Shown: positions 1 to 7,640 of the stretch, piece by piece
Position numbering within the stretch: the first letter of the stretch is position 1
How the letters are laid out: each line of letters starts with the position of its first letter
IMG/VR virus record: IMGVR_UViG_3300017963_000192
Coordinates: 124,001 to 188,000 of that record
DNA length: 64,000 bases
Direction: 5' to 3' (one strand)
The notes under the pieces: model-generated
What the model saw: the letters and a program-made list of their open reading frames with translations, nothing else
Database searches by the model: none
Told to the model about the DNA's origin: nothing
Position numbers and translations under genes: made by a program

Positions 1-60
1 AAATTTTCTTAATATTTTGATAATCTAGGTCATTTTTTGCCTCCTTAACTTATAAGGTTC

Positions 61-89
61 AATTTATTATAAAAGTTACAGTTTGTCAA
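61..89 (-). promoter_or_regulatory. sigma70-like promoter firing out of the left window edge
   Basis: TTGACA (89-84), 17 nt, TAAATT (66-61); AAGGAGG RBS at 46-40. Confidence 0.5.
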
Positions 90-90
90 T

Positions 91-125
91 AAAAAAACCC
101 TTCTAAAAATAAGGAGGGTTTTTTT
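91..125 (-). terminator. intrinsic terminator closing the RNA array (possibly bidirectional)
   Basis: A7-CCCTTCT..AGGAGGG-T7 hairpin flanked by A and T runs, just downstream of the last pentamer tract. Confidence 0.75.
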
Positions 126-223
126 ATTGGTTTTCTGTTCAATTCTGCTCAATTCTTATCTCTTCTGTTCAGTTCTCGTCATATCTTTTCAGCTCTTGCC
201 ACCTCACTTCTTTTAACTAATTT

Positions 224-270
224 GACCAGCTAAGTAATGAACTTAGAAAACTTCTTTAAAAGTTCTGGTC
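224..270 (-). repeat. tRNA-like separator repeat (copy 4)
   Basis: GACCAG-AACUUU uaaa GAAGUU-uu-CUAAG uucauua CUUAG-CUGGUC. Confidence 0.8.
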
Positions 271-363
271 TTTTCTACTCTTAACTTCTCAGATCTAAAC
301 TATTCAAATCTCGTCTACTCTTAACTTGCCTGATCTAGTCTGTTCCTATCTTATAACTAATTT

Positions 364-410
364 GGGCAGTTAGGTAACGAACCTAATTAATTTCTTTAAA
401 AATTCTGCCC
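364..410 (-). repeat. tRNA-like separator repeat (copy 3)
   Basis: GGGCAG-AAUUUU uaaa GAAAUU-aa-UUAGG uucguua CCUAA-CUGCCC. Confidence 0.8.
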
Positions 411-518
411 TCCTCTGTTCTGGACAATTCTTTTCTTTCCTATTCTTTACTCATCAAAACTATCCTACTCTACTCATGTCTGCTCTTTTCTTCTCTCCTC
501 TTTCCATTTAACTAATTA

Positions 519-565
519 GGGCAGCCAAGTAATGAACTTGAACAATTCCTTTAAGAATTCTGCCC
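519..565 (-). repeat. tRNA-like separator repeat (copy 2)
   Basis: GGGCAG-AAUUCU uaaa GGAAUU-gu-UCAAG uucauua CUUGG-CUGCCC. Confidence 0.8.
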
Positions 566-704
566 TCTTTGCTATTCTTGTCTTCTCAGATCTAAACTAT
601 TCAATTCTCGTCTATTCTTAACTTGCCTGATCTAACCTGATCTTATCTTATAACTAATTTGGGCAGTGGAGGATTAGAACCTCCACTAACAAACCAAAGT
701 TATA

Positions 705-1448
705 TTAACCAACCTTTGCCCAATTCTTATCTTTGATAACTGGATTAAATGGTTCAATGGTGTCTGATGCAACAATGCCTTTAATTGAATATGTTCCATA
801 TGTTCCAGAATTTTCCGGTCTCCAGGCACCGTATCCAGATAATGCTCCAGCTTTTACTATTATCTCAGTCATTTGTTCTGGACTAATAACGTTTTCATCA
901 AAAGCAACTCTTAAATTTAAAGTCCAATCAGAAAACATTGCTCTGTAAAAAGGCACCAAACTCCCTTTCTTACCACCGAGATTTCCAAGTTCAATGCTTT
1001 TATCGTACTTTTTATATTTAATTGGAATTAAACCTCTCCTTGCTGTAGGAACTACAAAAATAGCCGCCTCTAATGCTTTTTTCATTTTTCTTCCTAGGAG
1101 ATTTTGACCAACATTTACAAACGATTTTTTAAATCCTATTGCAGGTACTCCTACTAAACCTTTTTTTTCATCGAGCCAATGAGCCTTTCCTTTACATTCC
1201 TCATCAGGGTCAACTGCTTTGGTTCTTTTAAGGATTTTATTTTTTTCTTTTTCAAAATCTTCTCTTCGCTCTTTTAAAAGATTTTTTGATTTTGCGTTTT
1301 GAAGAAGCTCTGTTTGCCCTTCAATAACAAACTCAATCCACGAAATAAATCGAGATGGCTCTATAATATTTAGATTATCTTTTACAGAGCCTCCCTTTTT
1401 TTCTGCTTTTTTGCCTAATTCTTGTACACTATCCTTTTTCTTTGGCAT
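705..1448 (-). CDS. stand-alone Cas7/RAMP-like RNA-binding protein (Vipr-like)
   Basis: RAMP-style motifs: N-terminal strand IEGQTELLQN, GVPAIGFKKS (cf. IPgsslKG), YRAMFSDW, Gly-rich loop GALSGYGAWRPENSGTYGTY; GAGG RBS. Confidence 0.75.
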   Translation of the reverse strand: MPKKKDSVQELGKKAEKKGGSVKDNLNIIEPSRFISWIEFVIEGQTELLQNAKSKNLLKERREDFEKEKNKILKRTKAVDPDEECKGKAHWLDEKKGLVGVPAIGFKKSFVNVGQNLLGRKMKKALEAAIFVVPTARRGLIPIKYKKYDKSIELGNLGGKKGSLVPFYRAMFSDWTLNLRVAFDENVISPEQMTEIIVKAGALSGYGAWRPENSGTYGTYSIKGIVASDTIEPFNPVIKDKNWAKVG

Positions 1449-1474
1449 AATTAATTCCTCCTGCTAATTTAATA

Positions 1475-2101
1475 TTAAATCAAAGGCTCATATTCATTCA
1501 CAATTTCTTGTAAAATACTAATCACCTTTTTTAATCTTTTTTCTATTGCTATAAAATGTAAATTTGCTTCACAATCATTTATAAGTGCTTTAGCTAATTT
1601 AACATATTGTAATGCTTGTTTCTTATCATCTATAATTATATCCGATAAATATTGAATCCTTTTATATTTTTTGTTAGATGTTGTTTTTACTCCATGAGAG
1701 CTATATTGAACAGGTATCTCTTTAAGAGAGTGTTTTATTATTTTATTGGCTGGTGCTTTTATTCTTGGTATAGGAACAAATGTAATAGACCTTTCTAATT
1801 GAGATATTTCTCTTGAAACATAAAGCAAATGCCCTTTCTTTTTATCCATAGTTAGAAGCTTGTGTATTTCTCTAAAATTATTAGAATCATATTGCTTTAT
1901 TAACATCTTTGCTATTTCTTTTGTAGTTTCTGCTCCAGTTTCATTTAAAAATTTGTAATAATCTTCTATACAAAGATTTTCATCAATATTTTTGCTTATC
2001 GCTTTTTTATGAAAAAAACTTTCTTCTTTGAACTTCCAACTTTTAATTTCGATTCCAATGTCATTTAGTTCTTTTTTTATAGACGATGTAAACTTAACCA
2101 T
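1475..2101 (-). CDS. conserved phage protein, putative partner of the Cas7-like protein
   Basis: co-oriented 26 nt upstream of the RAMP gene; IHKLLTMDKKKGHLLY..ISQLERSI resembles the LHxxFEWDDxxAAxxYRxxQARxLIRSI family I recall beside such genes. Confidence 0.55.
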   Translation of the reverse strand: MVKFTSSIKKELNDIGIEIKSWKFKEESFFHKKAISKNIDENLCIEDYYKFLNETGAETTKEIAKMLIKQYDSNNFREIHKLLTMDKKKGHLLYVSREISQLERSITFVPIPRIKAPANKIIKHSLKEIPVQYSSHGVKTTSNKKYKRIQYLSDIIIDDKKQALQYVKLAKALINDCEANLHFIAIEKRLKKVISILQEIVNEYEPLI

Positions 2102-2123
2102 TAATTGTCCCCTAATATAATGT

Positions 2124-2160
2124 GTACATTAAATATACATTACTATTATCCAATAGTCAA
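2124..2160 (-). promoter_or_regulatory. sigma70-like promoter for the RAMP operon
   Basis: TTGACT (2160-2155), 17 nt, TATATT (2137-2132); shares 20 nt with the promoter at 6926-6962. Confidence 0.7.
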
Positions 2161-2178
2161 GTATTTTTTAAAAAAATT

Positions 2179-2246
2179 AAAAACCACCTTCTTATAAGAG
2201 GGTGTTTTTTTAACTAAAAAAACCCCCCTGTTTCCAGAGGGGTTTT
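2179..2246 (-). terminator. tandem intrinsic terminators after the major capsid gene
   Basis: two GC hairpins (CACCTTCTTATAAGAGGGTG; CCCCCCTG..CAGAGGGG), each with an A-run on the + strand. Confidence 0.7.
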
Positions 2247-2277
2247 GTTAAAGACTAAATTATATCGTAGTTAGAAT

Positions 2278-3444
2278 TTATGAACTCATCCAGCCAGGTA
2301 TAGTAGCTGAAGATTTAACAGCACACGCAACCGAACGTGGGTTAACAATTACTTGACTGATTTGCTCAAGGAATAACCATCCATAGGCTGGCTGGTTAAA
2401 CACGAACATATCAGCAGGAAGTACTGTAAGCTCTACCCTTATAGGCATTGCTCCAAGATATCTTCCTTCTGTAACAGCGAAGATAACGCCTTCAGGAACT
2501 GAAACGTTTTCAATTCCAGCTTCGTCAACACCCGCAGTTACGAATATGTTAACGCCCCAAATACTTCCAAAAATACCTGTTAAGAGAAGATCTCTTGAGG
2601 TAATTGGATCGTAATCGATTGCGTTGATGTTTTTCTTCAAGTCACCAAGTTCCGCCCTATTCATAATGAACTTGTCAACAAGTAATCTGTGTCTTTCAAC
2701 TTCGTATTGAAGTGTTTCAAGAACAGATTTGCTTATTGTTGAAGTAACATTAATCTGTGAGTTCTCAAGCGTAGATGCTTGGTAAAGCTCTTTAAGACCA
2801 TTTCTATCTTCTTTCAGCATAATCTGAAAGGTGGTCTTGTCGTGTGTTCTGTCTACGATGTCATACTGTCTTTGTGCTATCTCTGAGATAGTGATGATTG
2901 GTCGTGCAGTTACTAAGAATTCAGGTGGGAAAATCCTGTTTCCTTTAACTACAGTCTCAACTGTCTGACCATCTTCTTGGATAATAAGAGCAGTAACGTT
3001 TACGTCTTTTTCATAGGAGTTAATCTGACCTTGTGCCAGATTGTGAGTCCTATATACCTGTCTGATGAATCCTTCATAGTCTAGTCTATCAAGGATGAGT
3101 GGAATCATCTCTGCTCCAAATCGTAGCCTTTCAGCTTCGTCTGCCGCAAATACAGACTCAACGATTCTTTGCTTTTCTTCTGGAGTGTAAAAAGATTGTG
3201 CTTGTTTTCCTGGTCTCTGATACTGTGCTCGAAGTCCTGCGAACTTCATTTGCTGGTTTATTAAGTCTTGGTGATCATACGCATTAAGATTGCCTTTTGA
3301 GTCAAACATGTCTTCCTTGGATTCTACAAGTCTTCCGGCAGAGTTTTGTCCACCAAAAGATTTAGGGTTTAACAGCCTTTCGTCATATTTCTTTGCTATT
3401 GCAGCAGTTTTGACAGTTTTCTTTTCCATTTTTTCAGCCCACAT
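2278..3444 (-). CDS. major capsid protein (HK97 fold)
   Basis: 388 aa; PLILDRLDYEGFIRQV, RTHDKTTFQIMLKED, GIFGSIWGVNIFV, GWLFLEQISQVIVNPRSV; last gene of scaffold-decoration-capsid block; strong GGAGG RBS. Confidence 0.85.
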   Translation of the reverse strand: MWAEKMEKKTVKTAAIAKKYDERLLNPKSFGGQNSAGRLVESKEDMFDSKGNLNAYDHQDLINQQMKFAGLRAQYQRPGKQAQSFYTPEEKQRIVESVFAADEAERLRFGAEMIPLILDRLDYEGFIRQVYRTHNLAQGQINSYEKDVNVTALIIQEDGQTVETVVKGNRIFPPEFLVTARPIITISEIAQRQYDIVDRTHDKTTFQIMLKEDRNGLKELYQASTLENSQINVTSTISKSVLETLQYEVERHRLLVDKFIMNRAELGDLKKNINAIDYDPITSRDLLLTGIFGSIWGVNIFVTAGVDEAGIENVSVPEGVIFAVTEGRYLGAMPIRVELTVLPADMFVFNQPAYGWLFLEQISQVIVNPRSVACAVKSSATIPGWMSS

Positions 3445-3454
3445 AGTAGCCTCC

Positions 3455-4153
3455 TTATGATAATCTCATTTGAAATTGAAGTTCAGGATCGTTGGCTGAT
3501 GGAACCTTTGTTACGAATCCTATTGTGACACCAGTGCCACCTATAGTTGGAAGACCGTTTGCACTAACTGTAACTGCTGCATTTAATGCCCAAGCAGCGT
3601 CAGTTTCATAAGCCAATGTAGCAATCTCACCAGAACCTTCAATAATCGCAGCACGACCACTACCAAGAGTCTGATCTATTCCTGTTAGATTAGGATCTTG
3701 ATATCTATAGTCAATTAATACAGTTTCAGTTGCACCGATACTTGAACCACCTCCAGCGTGGGTAATTATACCATTAGTTGCATTAACAGTATAGTCAGTA
3801 GTTACGGTGTAAGCGGTTCCATCAGAATCTGTTACTCTAACTGATGCACTTTGGATATTTGCGTTATTCAAAGTTATTGTTGTACCAGAACCTGTAAATG
3901 TTCCACTTTCATCAATCACAGGACGATAGAAACTAGTAGTCTTGTGGCAGAAAAACATACCAATAATTTTAATGTCGGCTGTGTTATCTGCAACTTTAGC
4001 TAGTCCAGTAGTTCCATCAAGAGTTGCAATATAACCTGCAATGAAGTCCGCAGAAGAATCTACGTCTCTCCATCCAGATATTATGTTGCCGCTCAGTTTA
4101 CGAACAGAATTAACAATTCCATTCCTCCCGATTGGGGGCAATACTGTACTCAT
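3455..4153 (-). CDS. head decoration/cement protein with inserted beta-rich domain
   Basis: between scaffold and capsid; Gly/Thr rich; DQTLGSGRAAI, IGFVTKVPS; insert TTDYTVNATNGIIT. Confidence 0.65.
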   Translation of the reverse strand: MSTVLPPIGRNGIVNSVRKLSGNIISGWRDVDSSADFIAGYIATLDGTTGLAKVADNTADIKIIGMFFCHKTTSFYRPVIDESGTFTGSGTTITLNNANIQSASVRVTDSDGTAYTVTTDYTVNATNGIITHAGGGSSIGATETVLIDYRYQDPNLTGIDQTLGSGRAAIIEGSGEIATLAYETDAAWALNAAVTVSANGLPTIGGTGVTIGFVTKVPSANDPELQFQMRLS

Positions 4154-4178
4154 AATTGCCGTTCCTCCTTACGATTGA

Positions 4179-6212
4179 TTAGTATCCTCGCCTTTCACGG
4201 GATACATCTTCCCAATATTTACGAAATTCCTCTCTTCGATCTTTGCTTGCTTGAGTACCTCTAAGAGGAGCAGTGTCTTTTTCTTCAACACTCGCTGTTT
4301 TATCTCTCGAACTTTCCTCTGAAGATTCCTTTACAGGTTCCTGAGTTCCATCTTTTATTGTATAGTCCTGTACGAACTTTGCAATCTTTGTAAATTCGTG
4401 AATATCTTTTTCCATAAATGTCTCAAAAGCTTCTTTCATAATCAATTTCTGATTATCTTCATAACCATCTATAAATGAATTATGAGCAATAGCTTCAGCA
4501 GCCTCTTTCTCAATACCATACTCGACAAGATTAGTAATCATTGCCTCTTTAAGAGGACAATCAAGTATGCCTTTCAATTGCTGAAGTGATGCCAATTCAA
4601 CAGCGAGCTTTGCTTTATTAACATTGTTTTCAACGCTGTGCTGTCTAATTCTCTCAGCAACTTCTACAGAAACTTTTCCTTTCTGTGCTTTAAGATTAGA
4701 ATCAAGACCATCTGGATGAATAGTTGGAGCTAACTTATCCTTTGCAGGTTGTTGCTTAATCTCCTTATTAATTTCATTAGCTTGATCTTTTGCAGTCTGT
4801 GCGTTAATAGGATCTTGGTTTTGCTTGTTTAAATCCTTAAAAGGATATAGCTGTGCTTCCTTTTTCATTTCTGATAACCTCGTTTTTATTTTGTCGATTA
4901 CATTAGAAGCCGTAATCTCCGAAATTTCATCTTCAGAAGCTTTCTTTTTCTCTTTCTTTTCACTCTTTGATCCTTTCTCTCCTGTTGTTACTTTCATAGC
5001 ATCATCACTCCCCTTTCCTCTAGTAATGTTTCCTGGAGTACCGGCAGTACCTTCTTTTGTCTCCTCATCATCGTCACTTTTTTCTCCGCACTCGTCATCA
5101 TCTTCTTCCGCTTGCTTAACAACCTCAGTTTCTTTACTGGCAACAGCTTCCGGTTTCTTGTCTTCTTCTTTGTCTTCTTTCTTTTCGAAAGGACTCTTTG
5201 ACTTTTCTAAAGTACCTTTGCCTTTGTCCATTTCACCTTCAAGATCATCGAAATCTTTTTTAGGAATACCTGCGTCTCCTTTAAGACCTTCGCCTTTCTC
5301 AAGCCAATCTACAAGCTCTTGAATTGCGTCTTTTAATTTACTTATGATTCCTTCTAATCCGCCACCTGCTGGTTTAATGTCTGCGATTCCACCTGGCTCG
5401 CCCATACCCAGCGCGTCAAGACCAGCTAGTCTTATACGAGTATCATTGTACTTTTTTAAAAGAGCTTCAACTCTTCTTCTAGACGATGATAGTCCCTCGA
5501 CCACACTAGAAACATCAGTAGCTTCTTTGAGTTCTAAAACTCCATCCTTTAGTTGAACTTTTCTCATTAGAACACTCCTTTTAGTATTTTGGTTTGAACT
5601 TTCCTTTGGCGGGTTTACACCCGTTGTATCGTTGTCTGGTTTTTTAGCTAATTGAGTAGGTTGGGGTGTTCCGACCGATTGACTAGTGGGAGGTAGTTGT
5701 GTAGGTTTTCCTACATCAACTCCGACTAACGACTGATCTTCCTTTTCTTCTTCAGGTTTTTTCATTAAAACATCTTTGAATAATTGCTGAACGTCTTCTA
5801 CGTCCCTATAATCAATTAAATCTTGAATTCGATCAGTTCTCCAACCTTCTTCTATTAAAGTATCTAGCAATGAATCTAGATCTTCTATTTCATCTCTTTT
5901 AACTATCTTATTAATATCTTTTCTTAAACTTGACAAAGAGTCATCGTTTAATTGTTCTTCTGGCGATTTTTGAGGAACTGCTCCTGGTACGGGAGGTTTA
6001 GCTCCAGTTCCAGGGGGTGCTCCTACTCCACCTAAAGGAGGTGCTCCAGCTTGACCCGTAGGTTTAACTTGCTTTCCTCCGCCTTGTTGTGCTGGAGGTC
6101 CTAGCTTATTAGGGTCAGGAGGAGTCTTGCTCCCTTCTCCTTGTGTTGGTGTATGTAAAGAGGGCAATTCAGTTAAATTCGGATTACCCGCACTATCCAT
6201 TGTTTCAGGCAT
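4179..6212 (-). CDS. putative head scaffolding/core protein
   Basis: 677 aa; Pro/Gly-rich N-terminus, acidic/Lys-rich coiled segments, many KxA motifs; position upstream of capsid. Confidence 0.6.
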   Translation of the reverse strand: MPETMDSAGNPNLTELPSLHTPTQGEGSKTPPDPNKLGPPAQQGGGKQVKPTGQAGAPPLGGVGAPPGTGAKPPVPGAVPQKSPEEQLNDDSLSSLRKDINKIVKRDEIEDLDSLLDTLIEEGWRTDRIQDLIDYRDVEDVQQLFKDVLMKKPEEEKEDQSLVGVDVGKPTQLPPTSQSVGTPQPTQLAKKPDNDTTGVNPPKESSNQNTKRSVLMRKVQLKDGVLELKEATDVSSVVEGLSSSRRRVEALLKKYNDTRIRLAGLDALGMGEPGGIADIKPAGGGLEGIISKLKDAIQELVDWLEKGEGLKGDAGIPKKDFDDLEGEMDKGKGTLEKSKSPFEKKEDKEEDKKPEAVASKETEVVKQAEEDDDECGEKSDDDEETKEGTAGTPGNITRGKGSDDAMKVTTGEKGSKSEKKEKKKASEDEISEITASNVIDKIKTRLSEMKKEAQLYPFKDLNKQNQDPINAQTAKDQANEINKEIKQQPAKDKLAPTIHPDGLDSNLKAQKGKVSVEVAERIRQHSVENNVNKAKLAVELASLQQLKGILDCPLKEAMITNLVEYGIEKEAAEAIAHNSFIDGYEDNQKLIMKEAFETFMEKDIHEFTKIAKFVQDYTIKDGTQEPVKESSEESSRDKTASVEEKDTAPLRGTQASKDRREEFRKYWEDVSRERRGY

Positions 6213-6337
6213 AAATTATTCTCAATAAAACGCTATTATTTTCGTACTTAAAAAAATAAGAACGGATATCCAAATTTTAAGGATGGAGGGGTAAAAAATT
6301 CCCTTTTTTGTGTAGACAGATATATATTTTTGTGCAA

Positions 6338-6844
6338 TTACATTATTAGAGATTCGAAAAGACTTTTATCTCCTTTATCTTTTTCCGGTTCTTCTCTCTC
6401 TATACTAAGAGGAACTCCGGTTATATCTCCTGATTCTCCTGTTGGAAGTTCTGTTTTTTCTTCTTCAAGTTCCATTTTACCTTTTTCTTTAGGTATTGCT
6501 CTTTCATCGATTGGAGGAAGATCAGTACTTTCTGGAAGTTCTTCGGAAACTTCAGACATGGTTGGATCGGAAACACCTATGTCATTATCTTGTTTGTTAT
6601 AAAATTCATAAAATTCTTCAGGAGTATCAAATTTTAGTTCCATACCTCCTTGTTTTATCCCAAACTTTTTATTAATTTCATAATTAACATAAGCCCATGT
6701 ATATTTAAACTCATCTACGGTAACTTCAGCTTTTTTAGCCCATTCAAAAAAGGCAGTATCTAAATCCATAACACCTTTTGTATTACTTATAAAGTCCCAA
6801 AAGCTCGCTACATGATCTTTTACTTTTTCTTTATTAAGAGCCAT
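6338..6844 (-). CDS. hypothetical acidic virion protein
   Basis: GGAGG RBS; FWDF..DTAFFEWAKK..TW segment resembles FWKY..EDVFIDWVEK..IW in 7632-9413. Confidence 0.6.
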   Translation of the reverse strand: MALNKEKVKDHVASFWDFISNTKGVMDLDTAFFEWAKKAEVTVDEFKYTWAYVNYEINKKFGIKQGGMELKFDTPEEFYEFYNKQDNDIGVSDPTMSEVSEELPESTDLPPIDERAIPKEKGKMELEEEKTELPTGESGDITGVPLSIEREEPEKDKGDKSLFESLIM

Positions 6845-6925
6845 ACTGAATCCTCCATTTCCATTTAATAATGTTTAAATATTAATAAAAAACATGGCAA
6901 TTTTAAGGTTTTTTTTAAAAAAGAT

Positions 6926-6962
6926 TTGACTTTTATCAAAAAGTAATGTATATTTAATGTAT
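6926..6962 (+). promoter_or_regulatory. sigma70-like promoter
   Basis: TTGACT (6926-6931), 17 nt, TATATT (6949-6954). Confidence 0.65.
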
Positions 6963-7640
6963 ACTAAAAAGAGGTTGGTGTATATGCATTCAAACTTATC
7001 GTACATAAAAGAGTTCAAGGAAGATAATTTTTATAACATGAATTATTATGATTTAGAATTTTGGAGAGTTTTAGAATATTCTCTTTATCTTTTATATTCA
7101 AGACCTGTTGACCCAGACTTTGGGCAAGCACCAAAAAATTTTAACCCTATTTTAAGATGTGCTGGTATTGGTTTGTTTGATCCTTATATGATTGGTGGTA
7201 GCGAGGCTCGATATTTAGGTGTTGAAGGTTGGAAAGCTTGGCCAGAAAAAAACGGTTTAGAAAGAACCGTATTGTTATTAGAAAAAAATGTTGATGCTAT
7301 AAATAATCCAAACTTTTACAATAAACCTATTGTAGGAGAAACAAAGTATACAAGACACAGCCTATTAATAACAAATCATTTTATGTTTACAAAGGAAGTC
7401 ATTTCAGAAAATGAGATTATAATAAATTTTTGTAATATGAAAACCAAAAAGTTTAAGAGAGTTCACATAAAAAATTTAAGCATAATTAAAGATATGGTTT
7501 TCAACAAACAAAACTATGATGAAAATTTGATAAAATCAAATGTAGTTGATGGTTCTAATCTAGAAATAAAGGATGAAAATGTTAAAGAAATTCTAAAAAG
7601 GTTAGGTTTTTTAGAATCTGAAATAATCTATTTAAAATAA
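6957..7640 (+). CDS. hypothetical protein (counter-oriented insert in head module; true start likely the second ATG near 6984)
   Basis: 227-aa ORF with own promoter and GAGGT RBS. Confidence 0.6.
   Translation: MYTKKRLVYMHSNLSYIKEFKEDNFYNMNYYDLEFWRVLEYSLYLLYSRPVDPDFGQAPKNFNPILRCAGIGLFDPYMIGGSEARYLGVEGWKAWPEKNGLERTVLLLEKNVDAINNPNFYNKPIVGETKYTRHSLLITNHFMFTKEVISENEIIINFCNMKTKKFKRVHIKNLSIIKDMVFNKQNYDENLIKSNVVDGSNLEIKDENVKEILKRLGFLESEIIYLK

Larger units (their letters stand above)
131..721 (-). ncRNA. candidate guide-RNA array: 4 pentamer-periodic tracts separated by tRNA-like structured repeats (VIPR-like)
   Basis: Tracts 568-647, 411-505, 271-350, 131-210 have strict 5-nt periodicity (+ strand WNNTC consensus). 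Conserved structured separators at 661-721, 519-565, 364-410, 224-270. Directly downstream of a Cas7-like gene. Confidence 0.8.

Noticed and set aside
131-647. Simple microsatellite or low-complexity coding repeat
   Set aside because: Two positions per pentamer vary freely while the phase is strictly kept and tract lengths are similar; no ORF of 60 aa or more spans it.
131-700. Canonical CRISPR array
   Set aside because: Repeats are ~60 nt and diverge with covariation; spacers are 80-95 nt with internal 5-nt periodicity; no cas1/cas2/cas6 in the window.
660-721. Functional tRNA gene
   Set aside because: Has a T-arm and acceptor-like end but is only ~62 nt, with no proper D or anticodon arms; treated as the first array separator.
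4825-5556. Antisense ORFs (also 22320-23069, 29149-29775, 47985-48449 and similar)
   Set aside because: Ser/Phe/Leu-rich shadows of Glu/Lys-rich genes on the opposite strand; no RBS.
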